DNA of 64,000 nucleotides from Myxococcota bacterium (GTDB lineage Bacteria; Myxococcota_A; UBA796; UBA2385): contig CALOBC010000001.1 in assembly GCA_942491145.1 (NCBI GenBank), forward strand, positions 215,318 to 279,317. Direction: 5' to 3'. The notes below the pieces were generated by a model. That model was given only the letters and a program-made list of their open reading frames with translations, did not search any database and was not told the origin of the DNA. Each line of letters begins with the position of its first letter. Position 1 is the stretch's first letter. Position numbers and translations under genes: made by a program. Of the stretch, positions 38,009-47,603 are shown piece after piece.

Positions 38009-38800
38009 ATGGACACCGTTCCCGTCTCGACCCTCTCCCGCACCGCTTTCGACGCCACGCACAGCCTCAAGCGCATCGGAAGCGGCAAGTCCATCCACAG
38101 CGCCGCCGACAACCCGGCCGCCGCCGCCGTCGCGGTGGGACTGGAGACCGCCAGCAGCAGCGAGCGCGCTGCCCAGCGCAACATCAACGACGGCATGAGC
38201 ATCCTCCAGACGGCCGACTCGGCCAGCGGCACCGCGTCGGACGCCCTCCAGCGCATGCGGGAGCTCGCCGTCGCAGCGAGCAGCGGCACGGTCAGCGGAG
38301 ATGCCCGTCAGGCCTTGCAAGACGAGTTCTCCCAGCTCCAGCAACACATCGACGACACCGCTGCCCGCACCGAGTTCGCAGGCCAGCCCTTGGTCGACGG
38401 CACCCGCGGGAGCATCGACGTCCAGGCCGGTCGCGACATGGGGGACACCGTGCGCATGGACATGCCCGATCTGACCGCAGGTGCCCTGGGCATCGGCGGG
38501 CTGGACCTGTCCTCCTCCGGCAATGCCCAGGCCGCACTCGACCAGATCGACACCGCCCTCGCCGACGTCTCGAGCGCCCGCAGCGACCTCGGGGCCACCC
38601 ACAACCGCCTGGCGTCCGCCACCCACACCGGTGAGTCACGGATCGAAGCCCAGACCGCCAGCGAGTCGCGCATCATGGACACCGACATGGCAAAAGAGGT
38701 GTCGACGCTGGCCAACCTCCAGCTCCAGACCAAAGCGGGGGTCGCCGCCGCCGTCCAGAGCCGCAACATTCAGCGGACCGCCGTGTTGGGCCTGCTGTAG
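38009..38800 (+). CDS. Flagellin-domain protein (short, D0/D1 only)
   Basis: N-terminal ...LKRIGSGKSIHSAADNPAAAAVAVGLETASSSERAAQRNINDGMSILQTAD... matches the flagellin N-terminal helical region. C-terminal ...NLQLQTKAGVAAAVQSRNIQRTAVLGLL matches the flagellin C-terminal region. No other flagellar gene in the window. Confidence 0.65.
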   Translation: MDTVPVSTLSRTAFDATHSLKRIGSGKSIHSAADNPAAAAVAVGLETASSSERAAQRNINDGMSILQTADSASGTASDALQRMRELAVAASSGTVSGDARQALQDEFSQLQQHIDDTAARTEFAGQPLVDGTRGSIDVQAGRDMGDTVRMDMPDLTAGALGIGGLDLSSSGNAQAALDQIDTALADVSSARSDLGATHNRLASATHTGESRIEAQTASESRIMDTDMAKEVSTLANLQLQTKAGVAAAVQSRNIQRTAVLGLL

Positions 38801-38825
38801 GCCATCTTGGACAAACCGGCGAAGC

Positions 38826-40943
38826 TCAGATCTTGGGCTGGTTCGGGCTCCAGGGCATCGCACAGTCCCGGCACAGCGCTTGATCGGGCACCCCCCGCAC
38901 GGCCACATCGCCCACCGCCGTGGCCCGCCCCGGCCCCCGCCAGATGTCCGAGAAGCGCCCCGGCGTGACCTCACCGAGGACATGGTCCAGCTGCACATCG
39001 GTCGGGCACAGCGTCACCTTGCCGTCCCAGCTCACCACGGGCGACAAGGCTGGCGCTGCGCACCGTCTCGGCCGGTCCTCTTCCCCGGTGTCGACCGGCA
39101 CGCCGAGCAGGTCCGCCGCAGCCTGCAACTCAACACGGGCATCCGCGTTGTCCCGAAAGTTGCGGTGGTCGGTCCGGCGGACCCACAGCCGGTCGCCCCC
39201 ATCTTCTGGGAAGCGTCCAGCGGCGGGCACAAACGACGGGTAGCGAGCAACGAGGGCCGGCACATCGAGTGCGTCGGTGGCCGACACCGCCAAGACCAGC
39301 CGCGCCCCCGTGCGGTGGAGGGACAGCAAGCGCTCCAGGTCGCCCTCCCCACGGTCCAGATCCACGACCCAGTCCACCCGTGCCGGATGACTGACAACGC
39401 CCTCCAGATCGGCACTCAGGAAGCGGCCATCAGTCTCGATCCGCACCCGGTCGGCCAGCCCTCGCGCATGAACCGCGGTCTGGAGGTACTGCAGAATCGG
39501 GACGATCTCGGGATGCAGCAGGGGCTCACCCCGCCACCGCAGCGCGAGTGTGCCGAAGCGAATGCCCGTCCTGAGCAGGTCTTCGACGACCTCGCGCACA
39601 ACCTCAAAGCCCATGAAGCCCCGGTCAAAGCGCAGCTGGCCGCTGTCCCGCAGCCGGCACCAGTCATCGCCTTCCACGGGGCCAGACACTCCCCGGATGA
39701 GGTCGGTCCAGCGTGCCTTGGGCGTCGTGCATCCGGACCAGCCACAGGGGCACACATCGCTGAGCTCAAGCCGCAGAACAGCCTGGGGATGGTGTTCCAC
39801 GTGGGTGCGCAGGGTGGACAGGTGCCCGGCCGCCCGCTCCGCCACATGGACCGTGGCATCGACGGCCAGGGCCCGCAGGGAGTCGGAGTTTTCCCGCAGG
39901 TAGCACTTCTGGTTGCAGGGCGTGGCGCATGCTTTGACCACCTCGCGCCGCTGCTTGAGCTCGGGGAGCTGCCACAGCTCGCGCAGGGTGTGGTCCCGCA
40001 CACTGCCGAAGGCGCCGCCGAGGAAGTCGAGCTTGCCATCGCACATGATGGCCTGCCCATCGGCATTGATGTACAGCTCCTTCCACCCCGCCCAGCACGG
40101 TGCTTCGAGAGGCTCGAGGCCGGTCTGGTAGTAGCGGGGGATGCGCCGCAGCTCGTCGGGGGTGTTTTCCAGCCGATAGCCGGCCGTGCCTTGCTGTTGG
40201 GCACGCAACACAAGGGCGGCACTCACCGACTCTAACGCCGGGATGTCCTTGTCGTAGAACCACAAGGCCGCCGCTTCAGGGGGCGCACCATCGGGTGTGC
40301 GAAACAAGTTGAGAACCTGCACACCATCGAAGCCCAGCTCGTCCTGCTCATCCAAGACCGCTTCAAAGTGGCCCACATTGCGAGCATGCAGAATCGTGTT
40401 CGCCAGGATCTTGCGCCGGGCGTTGCCGGCCGCGCGGTCCGCGTCTCGAATGCGCTGGTAGCCCTGGATCGCCCGGTCCCACATGCCCTCACCCCGGATG
40501 AGGTCGTGGCTGGCCCGGTTGCCGTCGAGGCTGATGTTGAAGTGCAGCCGGTCGCTCGGGATGGCCGCGATGGCTTGGGCGCGCCGCACCGTGATCAGGG
40601 TGGCGTTGGTGGTGACCGTGACGTAAAAGCCGCGCCGAACGGCATAGTCGAGGATCTCTTCGATGTCGTGGCGCATGAAGGGCTCGCCGCCCAGCGGGTT
40701 GAAGACCTCCACCCCCCACGCCGCGGTCTGGTCGATGATGCCCTTGATCTCGTCGGTGCTCAGCTCGGGGGCGTCGTAGCAAGTGGTGCACATCGTGCAC
40801 TTGAGGTTGCACCGCAGCGTGACGTTGAGGCTCACCCGGTCTGGCGGCGCGAGGCTGCGGTTGAGGCGACGAGACAGGTACATGCGCAGGTCTCGCCGAA
40901 GCTCGGCAGGACGGCGGCGGGCACGGGGCAAGCGAAGGCGCAC
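38826..40943 (-). CDS. Twin radical-SAM/SPASM-domain protein (second half with a non-canonical cluster)
   Basis: CNLKCTMC (Cx3Cx2C) near the N-terminus and a SPASM-like CWAGW...CDGK...CATPCNQKC. The second half repeats the architecture with a degenerate CPCGWSGC and a second SPASM-like CAAP...CPTD...CRDC. Confidence 0.75.
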   Translation of the reverse strand: MRLRLPRARRRPAELRRDLRMYLSRRLNRSLAPPDRVSLNVTLRCNLKCTMCTTCYDAPELSTDEIKGIIDQTAAWGVEVFNPLGGEPFMRHDIEEILDYAVRRGFYVTVTTNATLITVRRAQAIAAIPSDRLHFNISLDGNRASHDLIRGEGMWDRAIQGYQRIRDADRAAGNARRKILANTILHARNVGHFEAVLDEQDELGFDGVQVLNLFRTPDGAPPEAAALWFYDKDIPALESVSAALVLRAQQQGTAGYRLENTPDELRRIPRYYQTGLEPLEAPCWAGWKELYINADGQAIMCDGKLDFLGGAFGSVRDHTLRELWQLPELKQRREVVKACATPCNQKCYLRENSDSLRALAVDATVHVAERAAGHLSTLRTHVEHHPQAVLRLELSDVCPCGWSGCTTPKARWTDLIRGVSGPVEGDDWCRLRDSGQLRFDRGFMGFEVVREVVEDLLRTGIRFGTLALRWRGEPLLHPEIVPILQYLQTAVHARGLADRVRIETDGRFLSADLEGVVSHPARVDWVVDLDRGEGDLERLLSLHRTGARLVLAVSATDALDVPALVARYPSFVPAAGRFPEDGGDRLWVRRTDHRNFRDNADARVELQAAADLLGVPVDTGEEDRPRRCAAPALSPVVSWDGKVTLCPTDVQLDHVLGEVTPGRFSDIWRGPGRATAVGDVAVRGVPDQALCRDCAMPWSPNQPKI

Positions 40944-41048
40944 AGGTCACCGGCGGTGCAGACAGGTCCTCGGGGGGTATCGCGGTCCGGGCCGGAACCC
41001 ACCCCCGCGCTGGGATAGGCTGGGCTGCGCTGCCGGCCGGAGTTCTCG

Positions 41049-42533
41049 ATGCGTGTGCTTGTCGTCCACCACGGCGCCCTTCCCGCCCCCGGCCGTCCTG
41101 TGAGTGGCGGTGCCCTGCGGGCGTGGCGCATCGGTCGTGCCCTCCAGCGCGCCGGCCACGAGGTCCACTGGCTCACCCGCGCCCAGGACCAACCCGGTGG
41201 CTTCGCGTCCCCGGCGGAGCTGGCCCTGCGTGCCCGGTCCCTCGCGCCCGACCGCATCGTGTGTGTGCAGCTTGAAGAGGCCCCCGCCCTCGGCACCCTC
41301 GGCCTGCCCCTTGCGGTCGACTTGTATGCGCCACGCTTGCTCGAAGCGCCCTTTGAGAATGCCCAACACGACGCAGCTTCGGCGGTCATGCGCGCGCTCG
41401 CAGCCGGCGATGTGTTCCTCGCCAGCAACGCCCGACAGCGCTGGACCTGGCTCGGGGTGCTCGCCCTCGCGGGTGTGGATGTGCGGGCCGATCCCTGCTT
41501 GTTGGTGCCCCTGGCCGCCCCGGCGGATGCCCCCGCTCCCCAGCCACCCAAGGGTGAGCCGGTGCTTGTGGCGGGGGGCGCCCGGTGGCCTTGGCAAGAT
41601 CCGGTGCCGGCGCTGAACCGGGTGCTCGCGGTGCTCGATGCCCGGGGCGAAGGGGTGGTGCGCTGGTTTGGTGGCGCGCCCCTGCTGGGCACCACGTCGG
41701 CAACCTGGCAGCTGCCGGTCCATCCGCGGCTGCAGGCGCCGGGGTGGGTTGCCTACGACGCCCTGCTCCAGCAGTATGCCACCGCAACCTTGGCCATCGA
41801 CTGGATGCAACCCAACCCCGAGCGGGCGCTGGCACTGAGCTTCCGCCACCTGGACTACCTGGGGTGTGGGCTGCCGATCCTCACTGGCCAAGATAGCGCA
41901 CTGACAGATGTTCTCGGCGATGCCGGCATGGCCACTGAAGACATTGAGGGAGCCCTGAACACCGTCCTGGACAACCCGCACTTGCGCGGCCAGATGTCGC
42001 TCGCGGCCCAAGCCCTGGCGGCCACCGTGTTGGACGAAGACACCGCGGTGGAGCCACTGCTCGGCTGGATCAACCAACCCTGGCGGGCGCGCCGGGAGCC
42101 CTCTCCGCTGGGGACCCTGGCCAACCTCGCACGACGGGCGGGGGCGGCAGAAGCGCGCATAGAACACCTCGAAGGCGCCTCCGCGAGGGCGGAAGCCGAA
42201 GTGCAACACAAGCGCCAAGAGCTCGGCGAGGCCACTGGCATGGTGCAGGAGCTCATCCGCACCAACGCGCGCCTGAGCCGGGCTTTGGACGAGGTGGCCG
42301 GCTTCAAGAGAGAGGCCATCGCCACCCTCGGCGGCCAGTCCGAGCATGCCCGCCGGGACCTCGCGGACGCCGAGCGCGAGAATGGGCTCTTGCGGGCCGA
42401 CATCGAAAAGAAGAATGCGGAGCTCCTCGCGCTCGACGAGCTCCGGGCCCGCCTGGAGAACGACCTGCGCAACGTACGGGGCGAGGTCGAGCGCCTGCGA
42501 CGCCCCCGGGGACTGCTCTCTCGCGGGTCTTGA
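41049..42533 (+). CDS. GT-B glycosyltransferase (GT4-like) with a C-terminal coiled-coil extension
   Basis: MRVLVVHHGALPAPGRPVSGGALRAWRIGRALQRAGHEVHWLT N-terminal GT4-like start. C-terminal about 110 aa of heptad-like E/R/L-rich sequence. Divergent from the radical SAM gene. Confidence 0.65.
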   Translation: MRVLVVHHGALPAPGRPVSGGALRAWRIGRALQRAGHEVHWLTRAQDQPGGFASPAELALRARSLAPDRIVCVQLEEAPALGTLGLPLAVDLYAPRLLEAPFENAQHDAASAVMRALAAGDVFLASNARQRWTWLGVLALAGVDVRADPCLLVPLAAPADAPAPQPPKGEPVLVAGGARWPWQDPVPALNRVLAVLDARGEGVVRWFGGAPLLGTTSATWQLPVHPRLQAPGWVAYDALLQQYATATLAIDWMQPNPERALALSFRHLDYLGCGLPILTGQDSALTDVLGDAGMATEDIEGALNTVLDNPHLRGQMSLAAQALAATVLDEDTAVEPLLGWINQPWRARREPSPLGTLANLARRAGAAEARIEHLEGASARAEAEVQHKRQELGEATGMVQELIRTNARLSRALDEVAGFKREAIATLGGQSEHARRDLADAERENGLLRADIEKKNAELLALDELRARLENDLRNVRGEVERLRRPRGLLSRGS

Positions 42534-42760
42534 GCGTGGCCCGTGGCCGCCTGCGTAACGGTTCCGAAAGACCGGTTGGTGGCGCCAGCCGCTGGGGTGC
42601 AGGTGTTCCCAGTTTGAAGGCCTCGCTGTCTGATGAAGACGGCGGCGCTGCGGCAAAAATTTGCGCGACTCTTCCGCAATCCCCAACCGCACACCCGGAC
42701 GTCCCGCCGGGCTGGCCTTCTGTTCCCCTTCCATCGCCCCCCACCGTCCCGAGCTGCCCC

Positions 42761-44654
42761 ATGTCCGTGCTGCAGGCAATTCCTGTCCCGACCGGCCGCT
42801 TTGACTCCAAGGGGGAGCTTGTCGAGGTCAACACCCTGTGGGTGCAAGCCCGAGCCCGCACTTGGGACGAGGACCGAGGCCTGGGCTGGCTGCAACCCGA
42901 CAGCAAGTCGATGTGCAGCCACGCCATGCGAGATGCCGTCTGTGCAGACGGCGCCTCGGGGCCGCTGTGCTTTGGCGCCCACCACCTCCACCTCGGGCCC
43001 ATCGAGGCCGACGGGCACCGACTGGCCACGCTCCAGCCTCGTGCCGGCGCCCACAGCGTGCCCGCCGAGACACTCGCCGAGCTCCATGCACTGACGGGTG
43101 ATCCGCGCCAGTCCCTCGACCAGTCCTTGCCCCCGCTGCTCGAAGCGCTGGCGGGATGGATGGGCATGACCGCCGCCGCAGTGGGCGAACACCAGCCGTG
43201 CGGCGTGCGTGTTCGGGCCCGGTGGGGGGGCTCTGGCCCGCGGGCCCGGGCGCTCCTGGACCACGTGGTGTCCGGCGCACCCCTGATCGACTGCTCGGCC
43301 GCCGATGGGGGTTGGTCGGCGACGGAGCTCCCCGGTGTGGATGCCCCCAGCGGTGTTCTGGTGGTCTTCGACCAGACCTGCGCCCCGCCCACGCCGGGCC
43401 AGGTTGCCCTGCTTCACCTCGTCGGTGCTTGGCTCGGCCGCAGCCTCTCCCGAGAGGCCGCCGCCCGTCGGGCTGCCCAGCTCGAAGAGAACCTCCGTCG
43501 CCAGCGGCGGCTCGACTCGATCGGGCTGCTCGCCGGCGGGGTGGCGCACGACCTGAACAACCTGCTCACTGGGGTCATCACCAACATCGTGCTCGTGCGG
43601 GAGTCCACTGACGGCTGTCCCTTTGTCCAAGAGTGCCTGGACGACATCGAGAGCTCCGCCCGCAGCGCTGCGCAGCTCACCAACAACCTGCTCACGTGGG
43701 CCGGCCGACACACGCTGGAGCTGGGTGAGGTGAGCCTCAACTCTGCGGTGTCCCAAGCCCGCCGGGCACTGGCGACCCAAGAACGGGCCACCAAGCGAGT
43801 GCGCCTGCGCCTTCACCCACGCCCCGGTGGTGCTGGGCGACCGGTCCCAGGTGCAACAAGTGGTGCTCAACCTCATCCAGAATGCGCTCGACGCCATCGG
43901 GTCAGGCGAAGGCGCTGTGGAGGTCCGCACCCGCCCGCTCGAGGCCGGCGGGGTGTCGCTCGAAGTGGAGGACAACGGCCCGGGCATGTGTGAGGCCACC
44001 CTCCAGCGAATCTTCGAGCCGTACTTCACCACCCGCCCCAACGGTCGAGGCATCGGCCTGGCATCCGTCATGGGCATCGTGCGCAACCACGGCGGCGCGG
44101 TCCAAGTTCACAGCACCCTCGGCGAAGGCACACGGTTCGCCGTCACCCTGCCGGCGTCCCCGACCCGATCCGCGGTGGGTCCCACGGTGACGGAGCGTGC
44201 CCCCGCCGCGGTCGACAACCGTGCGGTCATCTTGGTGGTGGACGACGATCAGGCGGTGCTCCGGACCACGTCCAGAGTCCTCCAGAATGCCGGCTACATC
44301 ACCATCACAGCAGAAGGCGGACGCCAGGCCATCCAGCGCTTCGCGGCCAACCAGGACCGGGTGTCCGCGGTGCTGCTGGACCTCACGATGAATGACATGG
44401 ACGGTGATGAGGTGCTGCGGCGCATTCGCAAGATCGACTCTGGGGTGCCCGTCGTGGTCTTCAGCGCCTGGGCCAGCGACGAGGTCTACCGGCGCATGGA
44501 CCGCACCGACATCGCTGGGTTTGTCCACAAGCCCTACGCCCGGCCCGTCCTGCTGCGCACCCTCCATGGCGCGATCGCCACCCGCCCGCGGGTCGCCCTC
44601 ACCGACGATCAGCGCCCGGCGACTTCGCCGATCAGCACACAGTCGCCCTCGTAG
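42761..44654 (+). pseudogene. Hybrid sensor histidine kinase / response regulator interrupted by a +1 frameshift at about 43805-43830
   Basis: Frame A (42761..43993) carries a sensing domain plus the HisKA H-box LAGGVAHDLNNLLTGV. Frame B (open from 43734, ORF 43827..44654) carries HATPase_c (LGDRSQVQQVVLNLIQNALDA, VEDNGPGM, GRGIGLASV) plus a REC domain (VILVVDDD...LLDLTMNDMDG). The junction ...RVRLRLHP|PVVLGDRSQV lies in a C-rich run (cacccacgcccc). Confidence 0.65.
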
Positions 44655-45364
44655 GGTGCCTCCGCGAGCACCCGGCCGGCGGGGCCCATGACCATCGAGC
44701 GGCCGGAGAAGGTGATGCCTTCGTCGGTGCCCCAAGTGTTGGCGGCCACGAACACGCCGCTCCACCCCCGCAGTCGCTCGCGCCAATAGGGCAACACCGG
44801 CACCGACTCGTCGACCCAGTTCGTGCAGAAGCTGAACACCTCGGGCTGTTGGGCACGCAGAAAGCCCACAAACGCGGGATCGTTGATGTCCATGCAGATC
44901 GCCGGGGCCATCCGGAGCCCGTCCCCCATCGGGACGATGCTGCGCCGCCACCCCGGCGTTGCCCAGGACAGGTCGGCATCGAACAACAGCATCTTTCGAT
45001 AGCAGGTGACGATCTCGCCGGCGGGACTCACCACCAGCGCGCTGTTGTGGAGCGTGGCCAGCGGTCGACCGGAGGCCCCCAGCTGTCCGGGCAGGCGGCG
45101 GCGCTCGGCGAACCCACACACCACCCACATGCCGTGAGACCGGGCCACGGTGCTGAGCATCGCTGCAGTGGGGCCCATCGCCGGCTCGGCGTGGGGAGCA
45201 AGCTCCTGGGCACTTGACCAGACATACCCAGTGGTCGCCATCTCCGGCAACACTGCGAGCGTCGCGCCCCGCTGCCCGGCCTCATCCAGCAAGCGCCCGA
45301 TGTTCAGTCGGGCGACGTCCGGTTGGCCTTTCGGGGGCCGATATTGGATGGCGGCAACTCTCAT
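44609..45364 (-). CDS. Carbon-nitrogen hydrolase (nitrilase superfamily)
   Basis: E-K-C triad contexts VLPEMAT, CYRKMLLFD and APAICMDIN. 251 aa. Its 3' end overlaps the convergent kinase gene by about 46 nt. Confidence 0.75.
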   Translation of the reverse strand: MRVAAIQYRPPKGQPDVARLNIGRLLDEAGQRGATLAVLPEMATTGYVWSSAQELAPHAEPAMGPTAAMLSTVARSHGMWVVCGFAERRRLPGQLGASGRPLATLHNSALVVSPAGEIVTCYRKMLLFDADLSWATPGWRRSIVPMGDGLRMAPAICMDINDPAFVGFLRAQQPEVFSFCTNWVDESVPVLPYWRERLRGWSGVFVAANTWGTDEGITFSGRSMVMGPAGRVLAEAPYEGDCVLIGEVAGR

Positions 45365-45419
45365 GCCAGCGGGCTAACCCCGACATCAGCCCTCAGCCCC
45401 TTCCCGGCACGGAGCCGTC

Positions 45420-46046
45420 GTGTCCACACCCTCCCCTCGCACCGCCCGGCTGGCCATGGTGGCCCGCTGGTCCGCCCGAAGCCTCGGCGTCCTTGTGGTC
45501 TTGGTCGCGCTCGCCGTGCTGCTGCCGCTCCGCAAGGTGGTGGGCAACGACATGGCGTGGTCCATCCAAGACGGCGACATGGTGTGGGTGCTGCCCGACC
45601 GGGTCCGCAAGGCCGACGTGGTCCTGCTCGAAGACCCCCTGCAACCGGGCCGCATGGTGCTGCGACGGGTCATCGCGGACGGCGGCCAGAAGGTGCGGAT
45701 CGACGAAGGCGGCGTGCGCGTGAACGGCAAGCGCGTGCGGCCCACCGACATGGGCGATGCCGAAGAATACCGGATTGTGAAAGAGGTGATCTGGAGCCGT
45801 CCGCCGGCCCGGGCCAACCCCTACTTCACGCGCCAGCTCCGCTTGCCAGAAGCCTGGAGCACCCCCGGCGTCATCGAAGTGCCCGAAGACCACTGGTACG
45901 TGATGGCCGATGATCGGGACGGCGCACTCGACTCCCGCTGGTGGGGTCCGGTGCCCAGCAGCGCCATACAAGGCGTGGTCCGCGCACGCTACGGCAGTGC
46001 AGACACGTGGCGCACGGCGTGGCAGCTGATCTTGCCGGAAGAGTAG
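45420..46046 (+). CDS. Signal peptidase I (S26) homologue, membrane-anchored, with apparently substituted catalytic dyad
   Basis: N-terminal TM, and box E ADDRDGALDSRWWGPVPSSAIQGVV. By-eye alignment puts Asp at the nucleophile-Ser position (VVGNDMAW vs PSGSMxPTL) and Arg at the general-base Lys position (MVLRRVIADGG vs IVKRVIGLPGD). Confidence 0.65.
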   Translation: MSTPSPRTARLAMVARWSARSLGVLVVLVALAVLLPLRKVVGNDMAWSIQDGDMVWVLPDRVRKADVVLLEDPLQPGRMVLRRVIADGGQKVRIDEGGVRVNGKRVRPTDMGDAEEYRIVKEVIWSRPPARANPYFTRQLRLPEAWSTPGVIEVPEDHWYVMADDRDGALDSRWWGPVPSSAIQGVVRARYGSADTWRTAWQLILPEE

Positions 46047-46067
46047 GCGCCCGACGGGGGCCCCGGC

Positions 46068-46859
46068 TCAGTTCGTCAGCTGCTTCTGGGTGAAGCCGAA
46101 GCGCACCTTGAGGGTGAGGTTTTCTTCGGTCACCTCGATGGCCACGTCCTCCACACCCATCTTCAGTCCCAGCGGACCGCCGGCGGGGGCGACCATCTCT
46201 TCGACTTGGGCGCGCTTGAGGATGGGCACACCGGAGAACCGACCGACCTGTTGGGCCAGCAAGTAGGCGGCAGCTTCGTTGAGGGCCCGCAGGATGACGT
46301 GGTCCCCCAGGTCGATCCGCGGGTTCTGGACCGCACCGACGATGGAGTCCACGTTCTTGTCGAAGTGGATGTCGCCCAGATGGCAGGCGGCCCCGATGCG
46401 CTTCTCGATGGTGAACGGGATCTCGACGTTCTTGCGGAGCAGGTGGACCTTGCCGTTGGCGACGGCCTTGACATGGGCGTCCACGCCGATCTTCTGGGGG
46501 GCGTAGTGGAACTCGGTGCCGTCCCGATCCACTTCGACCTTCCAGTCGCCCTCGACATGCAGGATCTCGTCAATCACACCAAAGACGCGCTTGCGGTTGT
46601 TCTGCCAGAGTCCGGCCGCCTTGTCCTTGGCCTGGACCAAGGCTTGCGGCGGCTTGCGGTCCACCAGCAGCGCCGAGACTTGGGTGCGCACTTGCTCGCG
46701 GATCTGGAGCTGCTTCACCCCGCGGTAGACCAGCCGACCGAGGTCGAAGCTGCCGTCCTGGACCTTAAACGGCAGCGCACTGCCCACAAGGTCGTCCCAC
46801 AGCCCCTTTCCGATGGAGAGGGACAAGTGGTACTGCTCGGTGATCTGCTTTGCCGCCAC
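46068..46859 (-). CDS. Hypothetical protein (Lys-richer than its neighbours)
   Basis: 263-aa ORF. No motif recognised. Confidence 0.45.
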   Translation of the reverse strand: MAAKQITEQYHLSLSIGKGLWDDLVGSALPFKVQDGSFDLGRLVYRGVKQLQIREQVRTQVSALLVDRKPPQALVQAKDKAAGLWQNNRKRVFGVIDEILHVEGDWKVEVDRDGTEFHYAPQKIGVDAHVKAVANGKVHLLRKNVEIPFTIEKRIGAACHLGDIHFDKNVDSIVGAVQNPRIDLGDHVILRALNEAAAYLLAQQVGRFSGVPILKRAQVEEMVAPAGGPLGLKMGVEDVAIEVTEENLTLKVRFGFTQKQLTN

Positions 46860-47039
46860 AACGCCTCCTGGACCGCAGTCTACGGTACCCCAGAGTCAGC
46901 GTCGGCGTCGGACCGCGCGCAGAAGTGCCGCCGGCCACCCCCAAGCCAGCGAGGGCTCAGTGGGCCGACAGTCCGCGCACGGTTGGGCAGATCGATGGGC
47001 GGGACCCCACCAGACCGCGGGTGTCCCATCCGCCCCGGT

Positions 47040-47459
47040 TCAGTGGAGCTCGAGGCCGCTGAAGAAGTAGGCGATCTCGGTCGCAGCGGTCTCGGGGGCA
47101 TCGGAGCCATGCACAGCGTTCTCGCCGATGCTGGCCGCGTAGAGCTTGCGGAGGGTGTTGTCGGCTGCGTCGGCGGGGTTGGTCGCGCCCATGATCTCGC
47201 GGTTGCGAAGGATGGCGTTTTCGCCCTCCAGCACCATGACGACACAGGGGCCGCTGCTCATGAACGAGGTGAGCTCACCAAAGAAGGGGCGGTGCGCATG
47301 GACCGCGTAGAAGCCCTCAGCCTCAGCCTGGGACATGTGGATCTTCTTCATCGCGCAGATGCGGAGGCCCTCGGCCTCGAAGCGAGCGACGATGGCGCCG
47401 ATGTGGCCCTTGGCGGTTGCATCAGGCTTGACGATAGAGAAGGTGCGTTCGATGGCCAT
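47040..47459 (-). CDS. ndk: Nucleoside diphosphate kinase
   Basis: [34 protein letters not shown]...[20 protein letters not shown] (active-site His context NxxHGSD). 139 aa. Confidence 0.9.
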   Translation of the reverse strand: MAIERTFSIVKPDATAKGHIGAIVARFEAEGLRICAMKKIHMSQAEAEGFYAVHAHRPFFGELTSFMSSGPCVVMVLEGENAILRNREIMGATNPADAADNTLRKLYAASIGENAVHGSDAPETAATEIAYFFSGLELH

Positions 47460-47603
47460 GGGGCCCTCCGAGGGGTCAGATTGGGCCGGCGGGGTAACCA
47501 GCAGGTCGAGTCGCCACCAACCGCGCCGCCGGTGCCCACGGGGCGACGAGGTGAACAGTGCCGGCGCACCCGTGCTGGACCAAGGCGGCATGGGAGGCAG
47601 CAG

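Noticed and set aside
42534-42760. AT-rich island ctgcggcaaaaatttgcgcg upstream of the histidine kinase as a sigma-54 promoter
   Set aside because: The GG...GC spacing is 9 nt rather than the canonical 10 of TGGCAC-N5-TTGC, and the dyad is imperfect. It may still be a regulatory site, but it cannot be assigned from the sequence alone.
44609-44654. 46-nt 3' overlap between the hybrid kinase and the convergent C-N hydrolase gene
   Set aside because: It most likely reflects the frameshift and uncertain end of the kinase gene rather than a genuine antisense regulatory overlap.
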